A stretch of DNA of 64,000 nucleotides, taken from positions 57,042,001-57,106,000 of the forward strand of contig CM059432.1 in NCBI GenBank assembly GCA_030390025.1, given 5' to 3'. A model generated the notes under the pieces. It did no database searches. It worked only from the letters and a program-made list of their open reading frames with translations, and was not told the origin of the DNA. Origin of the DNA: Squalus acanthias. Lineage: Eukaryota. The translations under genes and the position numbers were made by a program. Below are positions 50,740 through 63,345 of this stretch, in pieces; the first letter of the stretch is position 1; every line of letters begins with the position of its first letter.

Positions 50740-51070
50740 CTATAGTGTCAGCATCAAACACACTTGGGACTGATGTAGCTCAGGATAAGCGCAGAGTGCG
50801 GCTCCTTCTGCATCGCCTCACCAATGTGCTTTACCTCGACCTGTGAAGAACACCCCAAGCTGTACAAGTGTGACATTTTCATTTCCTACTCCATCCATTC
50901 TTGTGGTCTTCCTGAATGGTTTAGTGCCAAATTAGAGGCTGTTCTGTTTTGCAGGCCCATGTCCATTAAGGAACTCAGTTGTGTCCTTATTTGCACAGGA
51001 ACCTTAGAGATGGCTGTTGTTTGGGTTACGTTCAAGTCCATGTTCCAGAGATGAAAGGACTGTACAATAA
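50740..51070 (-). mobile_element. Ancient LF-SINE-related SINE
   Basis: Minus strand has, in order, CCTTTCATCTCTGG, AGTTCCTTAATGGACA, AATTTGGCACTAA and CAGGTCGAGGTAAAGCACATTGGTGAGGC, matching my recollection of the LF-SINE consensus. Confidence 0.55.
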
Positions 51071-51329
51071 CCTACTGCACAACCCAGTCCCACCTTGAAC
51101 AATGCTCCATTAACAGGCTGCCAAATAAATATCATGTAATATATAATATTGTGTTTGGGTCAATTTTGCAATGGATATATTGTATTGAACTGATACGTAA
51201 GTGACTAAGATAAGACACATAAGTTACAGAGAACTTCATTTTTAATTCCCATCCCTCCTTCCTCGTCCAAAAATAACCATGCTGGTAAACCTTCATGTTC
51301 AAAGATGAAGACACCAGTGGGAAACAGAA

Positions 51330-51695
51330 TCACTCTTAATCACCAGACGGGATGTCTATTAAGGTCAACACGAGAGCACCAAGCTGTCCAATATGTTTCA
51401 CTGACTTAAACAGCCCGTTGACTGGCTACTGCTGATCATGTTTCACCTGTTGCCACTTCTCCTTCAGGAGATCAGTGCACTGGTACCTGTATAAGTTGAC
51501 ACTGCTATGCATCGCTGCTTGACCGCTATTACAATCAGTTGCAGATCTTTTCCAACTGCCAACATTGATATTACATCATTTGAGGCTGTGCTTGGGCATT
51601 TCCTTACATCTCTTGCTTCCTACCCTGCTTTTGCTTGCCCTGTTCCAGCTCACTGTATAAGATCCTTTTTGACATTATGGAGTCTTCATCCAGAA
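51330..51695 (-). mobile_element. Ancient RTE-clade LINE, C-terminal fragment
   Basis: Minus strand MSKRILYSELEQGKQKQG / KRCKEMPKHSLK*CNINVGSWKRSATD fits the RTE pattern PKxLLYGELxxGKR..RxKDxLKxxLK..IxxxxWExxAxDR. Confidence 0.7.
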
Positions 51696-52269
51696 TAACA
51701 CAATCCTCAGACTGAATAGGAACCATCTTGTTGGGGTTTCCTATAGATACTTACATATCAAGTTCCTCTGAAAACTCTCCAAAAATTAAAAAAATATATA
51801 GTTCTTCATTTTTAATGGGTGCATCTATTGGCTTAGTCACAGGTAAGTGAACCTCAGAGCAATCGTAGCAAATGTAAGGAGCAGAAAAGTGTACCAATTA
51901 CTTCTCTGTTCAAGTTTTACATTTTTCGGTTCCTTTTTGGCATCACAATTTTTTCAAACATACCATCTCACCATTAAGGGAATGAAAAATAGAAGATAGT
52001 ACAAATTCTGAAATATAAGTGTGTATGTTATACAGTGAGTTTAGTGATGATGTGGTTTATATAATAATATGACTGCCGATGAGTATTGTATTACCAGTCA
52101 GACCTCTACCAATAAAGCTACTAATCCTCCAACAGATGGCTTTTTCATTACTGCAAATAGGACTAAAGTCTTTCCACAGAACCCTCCTCTGCAGGAGATG
52201 GTATGTGTTTAAACACTGTACTTGATCCCCTGCAGCCAAGATTTAAATCCATGCAAAAGGGATTATGAT

Positions 52270-53510
52270 TTTTTTTTATTATTCCTTCAGGAAATGTGGG
52301 CGTCGCTGGCAAGGCCAGCGTTTATTGCCCATCCCTTGAGAAGGTGGTGGTGAGCCGTCTTCTTGAACCACTGCAGTCTGTGTGTTGAAGGTACTCCCAC
52401 AGTGCTGTTAGGGAGGGAGTTCCAGGATTTTGACCCAGCGACAATGAAGGAATGGCGATATATTTCCAAGTCAGGATGATGTGTGACTAGAAAGGAAACT
52501 TGGAGGTGATGGTGTTTCCATGTGCCTGCTGCCCTTGTCCTTCTAGGTGGTAGCAGTCGTGGGTTTAGGAGGTGCTGTCGAAGAAGCCTTGGCGAGTTGC
52601 TGCAGTGCACCTTGTAGATGGTACACACTGCAGCCATGGTGCACTGGTGGGGAGAGTGAATTTTTAAGGTGGTGGATGGGGTGCCGATCAAACGAACTTG
52701 TCTTGGATGGTGTTCAGCTTCTTGAATGTTGTTGGAGCTGCACTCATCCAGATAAGTGGAGAGTATTTCATTGCACTCCTGACTTGTGCATTGTAGATGA
52801 TGGAAAGGCTTTGGGGAGTCAGGAGGTGAGTCAGTCGCCGCAGAATACCCAGCTTCTGACCTGCTCTTGTATCCACAGTATTTATGTGGCTGATCCAGTT
52901 AAGTTTCTGGTCAATGGTGACCCCCAGGATGTTGATAGTGGGGGATTCAGCAATGATAATGCCGTTGAATGTCATGGGGCGGTGGTTAGACTCTCTTGTT
53001 GTAGCTGGTCATTGCCTGGCACTTGTGTGGCGCAAATGTTACTTGCCACTTATCAGCCCAAGATTGAATGTTGTGCAGGTCTTACTACATGTGGGCATGG
53101 ACTGCTTCATTATCTGAGGAATTGCGAATGGAACTGAACACTGCAATCATCAGCGAACATCCCCACTTCTGACCTTATGATGGAGGAATGGTCATTGATG
53201 AAGCAGCTGAATATGGTTGGACCTCGGACACTGCTTTGAGGAACTCCTGCCGCGATGTCCTGGGACTGAGATGATTGGCCTCCAAAAACCATAACTATCT
53301 TCTTTTGTGCTAGGTATGACTCCAGCCAGTGCAGAGTTTTCCCCTGATCCCCATTGACTTCAGTTTTACTAGGGCTCCTTGGTGCCACACTTGGTCAAAT
53401 GCTGCCTTGATGTCAAGGGCAGTCACTCTCACCTCACCTCTAGAATTCAGCTCTTTTGTCCATGTTTGGACCAAGACTGTAATGAGGTCTGGAGCTTAGT
53501 GGTCCTGGCG
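52270..53510 (-). mobile_element. CR1-group LINE type B, 5'-truncated
   Basis: GPTIFSCFIND..MFADD, ILGVTIDQKLNW, KSWNSLP; same 3' end as 20416 and 54545. Confidence 0.92.
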
Positions 53511-53698
53511 TAAGACTTAGCAGAAGTTTGGCATGTTGGGCTAAGGGAAGGGAGGTAAGCGGCAGAGGCAGCTGAACGGATGGTCTCAATCTTAATAACA
53601 AAGAAGTCCCTGAGCTCCTCTCACGTGTTGGAGGCGAGGGTGGAGGGGGCAGGGGAGAGGAGTTTAAGGAAGTGGTTTGTAGTGGAGAAGAGCTGTTC
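53511..53698 (-). mobile_element. Internal L2 ORF2 fragment abutting the type B LINE
   Basis: Minus strand QLFSTTNHFLKLLSPAPSTLASNT*EELRDFFVIKIETIRSAAS is the L2 linker between endonuclease and RT. Confidence 0.75.
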
Positions 53699-54544
53699 TA
53701 GATGTTTCGTGAGACTTAAGTCAATTTATTTTCACAAGATCACAATACTTAGCGAGCACAAACAGACACCGTGTAAAGAGAAAATATGCTGGCATATCCG
53801 TCAGTAAGGGAAGTCACTTGTATAAAGGCTCATCAGTGACAAATATAGGGCTCTATTTGATGTACTTCTGTTTCACTTTTGGCTCCTGATTTTTGAGCGT
53901 GCCATAAATGGAATGGCATGATTGTGTAGCATTTCGTTGCTGTGGCATGGAATAGTGAGATGTAGTTTCACGCCCATACTTCCTCACAGTATGGGTGAGG
54001 AATACAGTGAGGAATTCACAGTACCAAATTAAAAAAAATGCTGCTTCATATGGCTGTGTTGGAACAGTTTATTATATAAGCTCAGATCTTGTTTTGCAAA
54101 TCACTAACTAAAATGGATGCAACTGAGTGCAATTGCCAAAGTGAGAACAAGTTCAGTGACTTGAAAGACAAGACTGAGATCTGCTGCAGGTCCAGTTTAC
54201 TTTGACTACGTCACCAAATTTTGATCTGTTTATATAATCTCCAATGCTATTTGGAAGTATAGTGGAACCTTGTTACATGCAGTACATTGGAGCAGGCAAA
54301 AAAGTTGTTCACAACATGTAACACGATTGGGGGGTGCCAATGCTCATTGAATTATACTTTATATTGAGACTTAAAAAACAATGCATATTATTTATATCAC
54401 ATTCAAATGTTTAAGTTAAATATACCGTCAATACTCGTTAGGTAACATGTTTCCACTAAATTGTATTTACAAGGAGTTCAGTCTTCCTTGATTTTACAGC
54501 TAAAGCATCGCATTGTCCTGTAGTCAATTTGTTGTCTTCCTATA

Positions 54545-55589
54545 TTTTTTTTAATATATTCATTCCTGGGATGTGGGTGTCGCTGACAAGGCCAGCATTT
54601 ATTGCCCATCCCTAATTGCCCATGTGAAGGTGGTGGTGAGCCGCCTTCTTGAATCACTGCAGTCCGTGCGGTGAAGGTACTCCCATAGTTCTGTTAGGAA
54701 GGGAGTTCCAGGATTTTGACCCAGCGACAATGAAGGAATGACGATATGTTTCCAAGTCAGGATGGTGTGTGACTAGGAGAGGAACTTGGAGGTGGTGATG
54801 TTCCCATTTACCTGTTGCCCTTGTCCTTCTAGGTGATAGAGGTCGCGGGTTCAGGAGGTGCTGTCGAAGAAGCCTTGACGAGTTGCTGCAGTGCATCTTG
54901 CAGATGGTACACACTGCAGCCACGGTACGTCGGTGGTGGAGGGAGTGAATGTTTAAGGTGGTGGATGGGGTGCCAATCAAGCGGGCTGCTTTGTTCTGGA
55001 TGGTATCGAGCTTCTTGCGTGTTGGAGCTGCACTCATCCAGGCAAGTGGAGAGTATTCCATCACACTCCTGACTTGTGCCTTGTAGATGTGTAGATGGTG
55101 GAAAGGCTTTGGGGAGTAAGGAGGTGAGACACTCGCCGCAGAATACCCAGCCTCTGACCTGCTCTTGTAGCCACATTATTTATATGGCTTGTCCAGTTAA
55201 GTTTCTGGTCAATGGTGACCCCCAGGATGTTGGTAGTGGGGGATTTGGTGATGGATATGCCATTGAATGTCAAGTGGAGGTGGTTAGACTCTCGTTTGTT
55301 GGAGATAGTCATTGCCTGGCACTTGTGTGGCGCGAATGTTCCTTGCCACTTATCAGCCCAAGCCTGAATGTTGTCCAGGTCTTGCTGCATGCAGGCATGA
55401 ACTGCTTCATTATCTGAGGAGTTGCGAATGGCACTGAACACTGCAGTCATCAGTGAACATCCCCACTTCTGACCTTATGATGGAGGGATGGTCATTGATG
55501 AAGCAGCTGAAGATGGTTGGGCCTAGGATACTACCCTGAGGAACTCCTGCAGCGATGTCCTGGGCTGAGATGATTGACCTCCAACAACC
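54545..55589 (-). mobile_element. CR1-group LINE type B, 5'-truncated
   Basis: ORFs 54654-55450 (MQQDLDNIQAWADKWQ, ILGVTIDQKLNW, MEYSPLAW). Confidence 0.92.
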
Positions 55590-56635
55590 TTATATGCTTT
55601 CAGTAGATAAATATGGCACAAAATCAGGCATTTAGGTATTTAAAATGGTGCATTGTAAATCAGGCATTTTATGTATTGAAAATGTTGCATTCTACATAAG
55701 TTTTGTGAAATGATGAAAATATTTAAGTTGAGTACCAATGATAAAAGGAGCTTGGCATTAGTTTTGTAACTTAGCAGTGTTTTAGTTACATAGACATTCA
55801 TGAGAGCCCATTATTTCATGACACCACAACAAGAGATGATAAGTCATACTGTTAATGCAGCAATTTTATCAAACAAAATATATTTAGAAAACAAAATACA
55901 TGAATTCCTTTCCAACAGATGCTAGCTGTACTCAGTCCTATTAATTGTCTGTTAACACTTGTCACAAGACTGCTACAGTTTGATTTTATCCTTGGAAGAT
56001 ATTAAGTACAGTATAAAGCTTAGTCTTGTTAAATGCCACGTGCAGTGCAGTATACAGCCTTCAAGCAGCCTCTACCTTTTATTTCTGTCTTTTTACTTTC
56101 TTGAGGTGTTTCATGTCAGCACTTAATTGGCAAGGCAACAACCCTAGCGTGAATTGGGACAACAGTGAAAATCAAGGGTTGCTTTAGTTTCTGTTTTTTT
56201 TTATTTCCCTGAACTGATATCTATATTGGTCGTCAGAGCATGAATTATTTCCTTCAGGTATCCAAAGAATTTATATTTCAGTGCCACAGACTGAACTTTT
56301 TATGATGAATTGCAGCACAGACTGGTTCCATAGCCTTAACCTTTTTCCAGCCTCCTCTTCTGATTTTGCCCAACACTGTCATTATAATCAAGGGCCTTTA
56401 TCTAGTTCCCACATGCTTCTCGATATCCCTAGCATGAACCTTTCTGCCTCAGACACCAAGAGAAAAACCATGAAAATGAAAATGTTTGCTTCATTGCTTT
56501 GTGGTCATGATGTCAAGTCAGTGGACTGACTGAAATCTGAATTCAATTTGGATGAAGAAGGCATTTCAGCTCATTTGATCTCTTTTGTAAATACCGACCC
56601 TGACATCTGCACATTTGTTAATGTCCACTTAAGCA

Positions 56636-56812
56636 GGTTGACAGGATTTGGGTTTAATGTCCCTTCCAAAGGATTTCACTTCTAACAATTGAACACTCCC
56701 TGACTACTGCAGTACTCATGGGAGTGTCAGCCGAGATTTGTGCTTTTGATCTGGTCTGATGCTTGAAATCCTAACCTGACTCTAAAGTGGGAGTGAAACT
56801 GACTGAGTCATG
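56636..56812 (-). mobile_element. Decayed DeuSINE-like SINE, 5' half
   Basis: Reverse complement resembles 45405-45570 (ACTCAGT...GAGTCAG...TTCAAG...GCTGACACT...GGGAGTG...CATTAAAC). Confidence 0.6.
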
Positions 56813-57135
56813 CTCACACTCCCTTTGGTAGTCACTAGTTTTTAATTTTGCCAGTTGTGGCTGCCAGTTTGCAATCATTTTGATTTGAAACTAAGCTGCC
56901 TTCACAAGTTTTAGGAGAAATGGAAATGGAAATCGTATCAGTATTCATGAATGGGGATGACCTCTTGTAAAACATGGAATTGCAAACGTTATTAAGTGTG
57001 TTACAGAAGCAAAATACTGCGGATGCTGGAAATCTGAAATAAAAACAGAAAATGCTGGAAATACACAGCAGGTCAGGCAGCATCTGTGGAGAGAGAAACA
57101 GAGTTAACGTTTCAGGTCGATGACCTTTCATCAGA

Positions 57136-57168
57136 AGTTCTGACGAAAGGTCATCGACCAGAAACGTT
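57136..57168 (+). ncRNA. Hammerhead motif disrupted at its cleavage triplet
   Basis: AGUU-CUGACGA-A-AGGUC-AUC-GACCA-GAAAC-GUU; the stem I partner AACU now lies at 58945-58948. Confidence 0.7.
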
Positions 57169-58941
57169 AGGCTGGATTTTCCCTGCGGAGGCGGGATGGC
57201 GGCGGGAGAGCTGGTTGACTGCTTCCGGTCCCCCTCCCATCTGCAGCCGCTCTCTGAAAAAGATTTTCCGTAAATTGGCCTTGTTAAGCCCGCCCTGCGG
57301 GGTTCCTGGCCAATTAACAGGAAGCGGATCTGATGACGTCATTTGATGATGCGTCATCAGCCGGTTTCCTTAAAGGGACCATGGCCACATTGATTTTGAC
57401 AGTTGTGCTGTCAGTGTTCTGCAGCATTGAGGTGCTGAAAACACTGACAAGCACTACACAAAGGTGCACGTCTGCACCCAGGCTCACGCATGACTCCCTC
57501 CAAATGCTTATGGAGAGAGTCACAGCACGCAGGGAGATTCTCTTCCCTTCCCATGGGTGGAAGAGACCTCCCCAGAAGATCAACGCAGCCTGGTTGCACA
57601 TTGCACAGGAGGACACAAGCAGGGATGTCGTCAGGAGGACCAGGCTGCAGTAGCGCAAACATTTCAATGATCTCAGTAGATCACGAAACATTACTGCAAA
57701 GCCACACCCAACCTCATCCTCCTGTGCCACTCATCACATCCCCATCACTCTGCCTTCCATACCCTACTCCTGCCAACTTACCTTGCACCTCCACCCATCC
57801 CTCTCTATCTACATTATCACTTCCCCATCTCACTAGCCACCCCTCACACTCATCCTACTGCAAGCATACCAACTAACAACACACAAGGGTAGGCACTTGA
57901 GAGATCTAGCCAATGTTCATTTGAAGTTTCTGTTAATGTGTTGTCATCCATTGAAATCTATATTTTCAACATTTCACGTTATTGGACAGATCTGTGTGCA
58001 CCTTGAGAAGTGTCTTAGTGAGTTCCAGTGAATGTTGAGACATAACTACCCGCCCCCCCCCCCCTCCCCCCACTATTGTGATGAGTGTGATAGGAATGGC
58101 TTGGACATTATAGGGATGCTTTATGGTGCTGGTGTGGGATGGTGTCAACCTGGCGCATCATGTGGCAGCCAGGGTGTACAGCGTCAAGTGAAGTAAATCT
58201 GGCCATGGTGATGCCATTGCTGACCTCCTGGGCAGCAATGTTGTCAGGTGCTGATGCCCTGTGTCCTGTGCAGCATCAGGTGATGGCGGAGAAGGTTGTT
58301 GTTGGTGATAATGGTTTGCCTAGTGATGTGGGTGTTGGGGCTGATCGTGGAAGGATTGAAAGGACCAACATGTGATTTTTTTCAAGGGCACCGATGTTGC
58401 TGGAATAGATGGCAGCTGCAGTTGAGATGACAGAAGTGATCTGTCACTGGTGAGAGAGGTTGTTCCAATGAGGTGCCACTGGATATACAGTTGGCTCTAA
58501 ACACTTGCAAGCTAAAGAAATCTCTATGTCTTACAAATGCAGTTAACAACAGTTTCTGAGTTCTGAAACTGAACAGCTGCAACATGGTATCCTTTATACC
58601 ACTTCTGCAGCTGTCAGGTTATCAGATAAATCAGAGCAGACTCAACTCACGACAGGGTGAGCTGGCGTGTTCCCTGAGCAGCGGGTAACCCGTGGGGAGC
58701 ATGTAAAATTACAAGGTAGGCTCAAAATAGCGTTAAATTGGCTTTTAACAAGCCATTTAATTATCTAAATTGTCTCCTCCACCGCTTGGTGTCGTGTCAG
58801 TCTGCGCAGACAGACGCGATACCTGGGAGACTCGCGTGGAGGCGGGTTGACAGCGGGTTTCCTACCCGCTGTCAATCTTTGCTATTTTGACAGCGGACCC
58901 GCCTCCAAACCTGCACTCCGAGCGCTGGCAAAATCCAGCCC
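57169..58941 (+). mobile_element. Internally deleted Harbinger transposon (1773 bp)
   Basis: TIRs AGGCTGGATTTT / AAAATCCAGCCC, exact TSD GTT; Myb remnant on + strand. Confidence 0.92.
57460..57683 (+). pseudogene. Harbinger Myb/SANT-like domain exon with premature stop
   Basis: SAPRLTHDSLQMLMERVTARREILFPSHGWKRPPQKINAAWLHIAQEDTSRDVVRRTRLQ*RKHFNDL; homologous to the exon at 49415-49632. Confidence 0.88.
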
Positions 58942-59419
58942 GTTAACTCTGTTTCTCTCTCCACAGATGCTGCCTGACCTGTTGAATATTTCCAGCATTT
59001 TCTGTTTTTATTTATTATTAAGTGTTTTTTCTGTTGGTACGATTCCGTGTATGCTTTTACTTCTGGTAAAAGGGTTTCCAAGGCTATTAATTGCTATTAA
59101 TTTTGAAACATTTAAAATAAGTTATGAACAAATCATAGATGAATTTCTTTAAAGCGACTGTAATGTTTTGATGCAGTATTGGACAAAGGCTTTCATGTTG
59201 TTTTATTGAATGTAGCAGTTCTTGGTTGAGAGTGTTGACAATCTGCCAAGGACCTTATAGAAGACAGATGATGGGGTAAAATGTGAATGCTTTAACATTG
59301 GGTTACAAACTTCTATAATATCCCATTCTTAGTTTATTTTTGCCCGTGAGACTTGATATAAAAGAACTGTGAATGAAATTGCTGTTAACTGGAATTAGGT
59401 TTTGGCTCCCCTGATAGCA

Positions 59420-59660
59420 CATGCTCACCAGTGAGTAGCTGAGCCATGCAGACCAGGTTTGATGAATTATTTGTGCAAAGTTAAAAGACTGCAGCTAGGG
59501 CAGTGGCAGAGTTGCTGCAATTGGCCTCAGCGCCCTGAGTTAGCAATTTAAAAAAAATCAACTTGGGTCTCCCACTCCTAAACTCTATCCTATAACTACT
59601 GTTGGAGTGCACACGTGTGGCTGAGGATAGTATTGGGCTGGGCTGTGCTCTCCACTGGGA
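59420..59660 (+). mobile_element. Old SINE-like interspersed repeat, copy 2
   Basis: Collinear with 43480-43740. Confidence 0.55.
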
Positions 59661-62067
59661 CAAATTAGTCTAAAAATCAGAAGGAGAAATGTTTAATCAC
59701 ACCATGAGCACAAATCCTAATATCCTGATTCATAAGTCTTGGGACTCTATATTTGAATACTGAAAAATTCCAACAATTCATTCTGTTTCTGTGCTAGTTA
59801 TAACATAACCAAAGGCAACTTTGTGGATACTTGACTCTTGTCCAGATCGCGAGTTCAAGGATAGTCTGTAAGTCACATTCCCCTTGATTTGGGTTGAGTA
59901 AGTTAAACTTTCATCTGTTCTACAAGATGCAGTGTCACAAAATTGCAAAATGAGAAATCCACACAGGTAAAGTTTTCTGCTTACCCAATCTGAAGTAGGC
60001 ACACTCTCCCCATAGAGACACACCAACTTGTTTAAATCCAGAGAGTTTAGGTACAGGTTGGTAAGAGCCAAGCCGTAGGGAACCCAAGTGTGCACAGAGG
60101 GTACTGCTGGAGTTTAACTAACTAAAATTGCACAGTATACCAGCACAGAAAAGCGAAAGCTTCCCACTGCTTGTCCAGCCATGATGACCCTACCTGTTCA
60201 GCCGCTGGCTTGAACGGTTATCTGAAGCCTAGAATCCAAGCAATATGTGACAGTATTCCTTGCTTTCCCCGCCCCTGCCCACAGTTCCATTAATGGCCAG
60301 ATTGTCTGGTTCATCATCAACCAACCCTGGAGTACTGCAGAATTCCCTACTTTGGATGTCGGTTGACCAAATCTAGTATGGAGAGTTGACTTTTTTCCAC
60401 TCTCCCATCATCAACATTTCATCTCGGAACTGTATCTCTCACCTCCATCCCCTCCTCTCTCGTTCACAGAGGAAAGGTACTAGTTGGTCATTCAGCAGCT
60501 GAATGGCAGATACCAGGAACTCCTCATGATTGGCATGGTGAGCAGCGCAATTTGCCATAAAGTACATTGCCACCCTAATTTTAGCCCAAGCATAGCCAGT
60601 TAAACACTGGTTCCACCAGTTGGAGATGCAGAGTTCCAGCCGAAGATGTTTGCTTCTGGGCCTATATATATGAGCTTGTGCTCCCATAACCAGCTTCCAG
60701 GTAACACCTTCCAGCAACATCTCAAAATGTCCTGATCTGCTATTATAACTGCCATTCAGTTTCAGTATACTGAAAACACCTATGATAGGCAGCTGTCCAC
60801 TTGTCAGCCACCTTGATGTTCTAAATGTCCAATGTCGAATGCCATATAGCAGGCTTACACATCACCAACTGTTTAATCCCGGGTTTAGCAAAGAGTGTTA
60901 CAAAAGTGACTCCCTCTTCAGGATACACAGTAGTGGGTTATGTAGGCCAGGGCAAGATGCCCTGTTTTTGGGGAGAGGAGACACAGCTTGAACTCTGCTT
61001 TCTGGCACATAATTAGACAGGCATTATCTGCAACTCAAACGATCATTGCACTTCAGAAAAAAAGTAACTCATTGTGTAAAATGCATCGTGAATGTCACTA
61101 TATAAATGCAAGCCACATATATTATGTAACTGGCTGGGGAAGGATGTGTGGTAATAAAAAATCTTCAATGTGAAACAAGCCAACCATGTTCCACCCCATA
61201 GTGGGGCTCATTTTCTTGTCCTCATTTCCAATAATACCAATTTTACTTTCTCTTTTTCATGTATTTATTCTCTGTCTCTGCGCTGCTCTTATATAGATGC
61301 ATGCACACTGTCTAGATACCATTCTCTCTTCAAATACCATTTACCAATCTGTCATTGTGAATCTCATTTATTCTTTCTGCGCTTCCCATTTAATGTCTCT
61401 GAAGATTCCATTTACTCTCTGTCCCTTCATAGACCCATATTTAGTTAACATATATGGCCAGCTTAATACTGAGTCCTTTTAACGCTTTACTCCGAGTGGA
61501 AGATAAAGGTAAAAAACAAATTTAAATAAAACACTTAGGCTGCATTTACACCACAACTGTAGAGTCAGTGCAAAGTGGTTTCCTTCACACCAGTGCTGCA
61601 GTTATAGGGCCAGAATTTGCTGGCAAAATAATGGCGCATTAAAGATGCACACCATTATTAGTGTGTTGAAAAAATGAGCAATTTGTGGCAAGGAGGAGAT
61701 ACGGCGTGAGTTGCATATCACCACAAATTGCTGGACGATTTGTGCCACTCCGCCATTAGCCTCGCAAAAACGGGATCTCGCTGTCAATCTCCCCATGAGT
61801 TCCAAGAAATTGCTGAATTTGTGACGTAAATACGAATTAAACTCACCGCAGAAAGTTAGGGCTGGTATTTCATGACATAAGAACCCTTTGAATACGAGAT
61901 TTATGTTCCTGCAATGCCACTCAACCTCGAAAGCCCAGAAAAGGAACAATTGAAACAGTGGAGTCTCACTCCTGCCGGTAATAAATTGTTCCTAGAGGTA
62001 TTGTAAATTTAAAAAGTTGAAATTCTTTTCTTACCTTTCCTTTCCGTCTCTTTTTTTCTGTGTCTGT

Positions 62068-62388
62068 CAACAACAACTTGTATTTATATATTAGCACCTT
62101 TAACATAGTAAAACATCCCAAGATGATTCACAGGAGTGTTACCAAACAAAATTTGACACCGAGCCACATCAGGAGATATTAGGGCAGGTGACCAAAAGCT
62201 TGGTCAAAGAGGTAGGTTTTAAGGAGTGTCTTAAAGGAAGAAAGAGAGGTAGCGAGGCGGAGAGATTTAGGAAGGGAATTCCAGAGCTTAGGGCTTTGGC
62301 AGCTGAAGGCACGGCCGCCAATGGTGGAGCGATTAAAATCAGGGATGCTCAAGAGGCCAGAATTGGAGGAAAGCAGCTATCTCGGAGG
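62068..62388 (-). mobile_element. L2 LINE 3' fragment
   Basis: Near-copy of 29825-30140 including the (CAA)n tail. Confidence 0.92.
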
Positions 62389-62501
62389 CCCTTTCTTTAT
62401 TTCTCTTCCTCTATCTATCGCACTTTCAGCAATTTGCAGCGCAAAATTAATTGGAGCTGAAGGGTGAGGGGAAAAAAATCAACTCTCAGCACTCACTGCA
62501 A

Positions 62502-62540
62502 GATAGAATCATAGAAAGTTACAGCACGGAAGGAGGCCAC
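62502..62540 (-). mobile_element. Minimal CR1 tail
   Basis: ATAGAATCATAGAAAGTTACAGCACGGAAGGAGGCCA; compare 27594-27630. Confidence 0.7.
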
Positions 62541-62966
62541 AGTGTCAATGCATCCTGAATCCAGCCTGACACTGGAATGAAGCTGAGTGAGGCTTTCTAA
62601 GGAGGTCATCTCACTTCATTGCTCTCCGGAGCCAGTTTGCCTGATTTATATTTTACAGTGTAAAAATTCTAGGAATGCCGTTACACCACTGGAAATTCAA
62701 TTGGGTGGAACTTCCACCTGCTACTTTGGCCTCCTCATGGCCCTGTCCCAAATCCCAGGATGGAGTTGTTAACATAATAGGGATGATGCCAGTAGTGGCA
62801 CAACAGAGCCACCATACCCATTGCAGGAAGTGGAATCTTAGTCATACCATGCTACTCTGAGAGGGGGAGGCACTGGCCAGTCGGTCTGAAGACTTAAAGA
62901 GCTGTAAAATAGCGGAAGGGGTCTCCCACGGTGGTAGGTCTACATCCTGGACTGTGTGGTCTTCAA

Positions 62967-63025
62967 AAACAACAACTTATATTTATATAGAGCCTTTAAC
63001 GTAATAAAACATCCCAAGGTGCTTA
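62967..63025 (-). mobile_element. Minimal L2 tail
   Basis: AACAACAACTTATATTTATATAG...AAAACATCCCAAGG. Confidence 0.8.
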
Positions 63026-63345
63026 ACCTTCTTTGGTTCTGTTTGAAGAGGGGCAACTTGAAACATATTAGTACTTTCAGCAGATTAGGGTTATCAAGCG
63101 TATCTCGTGGGATTTTTGCCTGCTAGACATGCCCCCAAATTTCTGCCAGGACATGGGGGATGGACAGAAAGTGTCTGCCCTTCTCTCGTGTGCAGAATTT
63201 CCTATTTACCTGTAAATCGAGAAGAAACCTGGCGGATCCAGGTTCTGCCCAAATTCCGGTGCCTAAGTCTAGACTACCCCAGTATCTTTTTTGACACACT
63301 TTAGCCTTTAGCCACTAAATGAGATGATTACAGATTTTTTTTTAT

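Larger units (their letters stand above)
57003..59014. mobile_element. Non-coding Penelope-like foldback (terminal repeat plus inverted copy), split by a Harbinger insertion
   Basis: About 57037-57136 is the reverse complement of 57138-57168 joined to 58945-59013; same sequence as the 46522 repeat; TSD TTATTAAGTGT(G/T)TT at 56989-57002 and 59015-59028. Confidence 0.9.
61607..62566 (+). mobile_element. Harbinger-type MITE, second family, copy 2, with nested LINE pieces
   Basis: Starts GGGCCAGAATTTGCTGG.AAAATAATGGCG, collinear with 14301-15087; right end uncertain. Confidence 0.7.

Noticed and set aside
62587..62630. RLSKEVI as a Harbinger transposase remnant
   Set aside because: The resemblance covers only about 7 residues with no flanking support.
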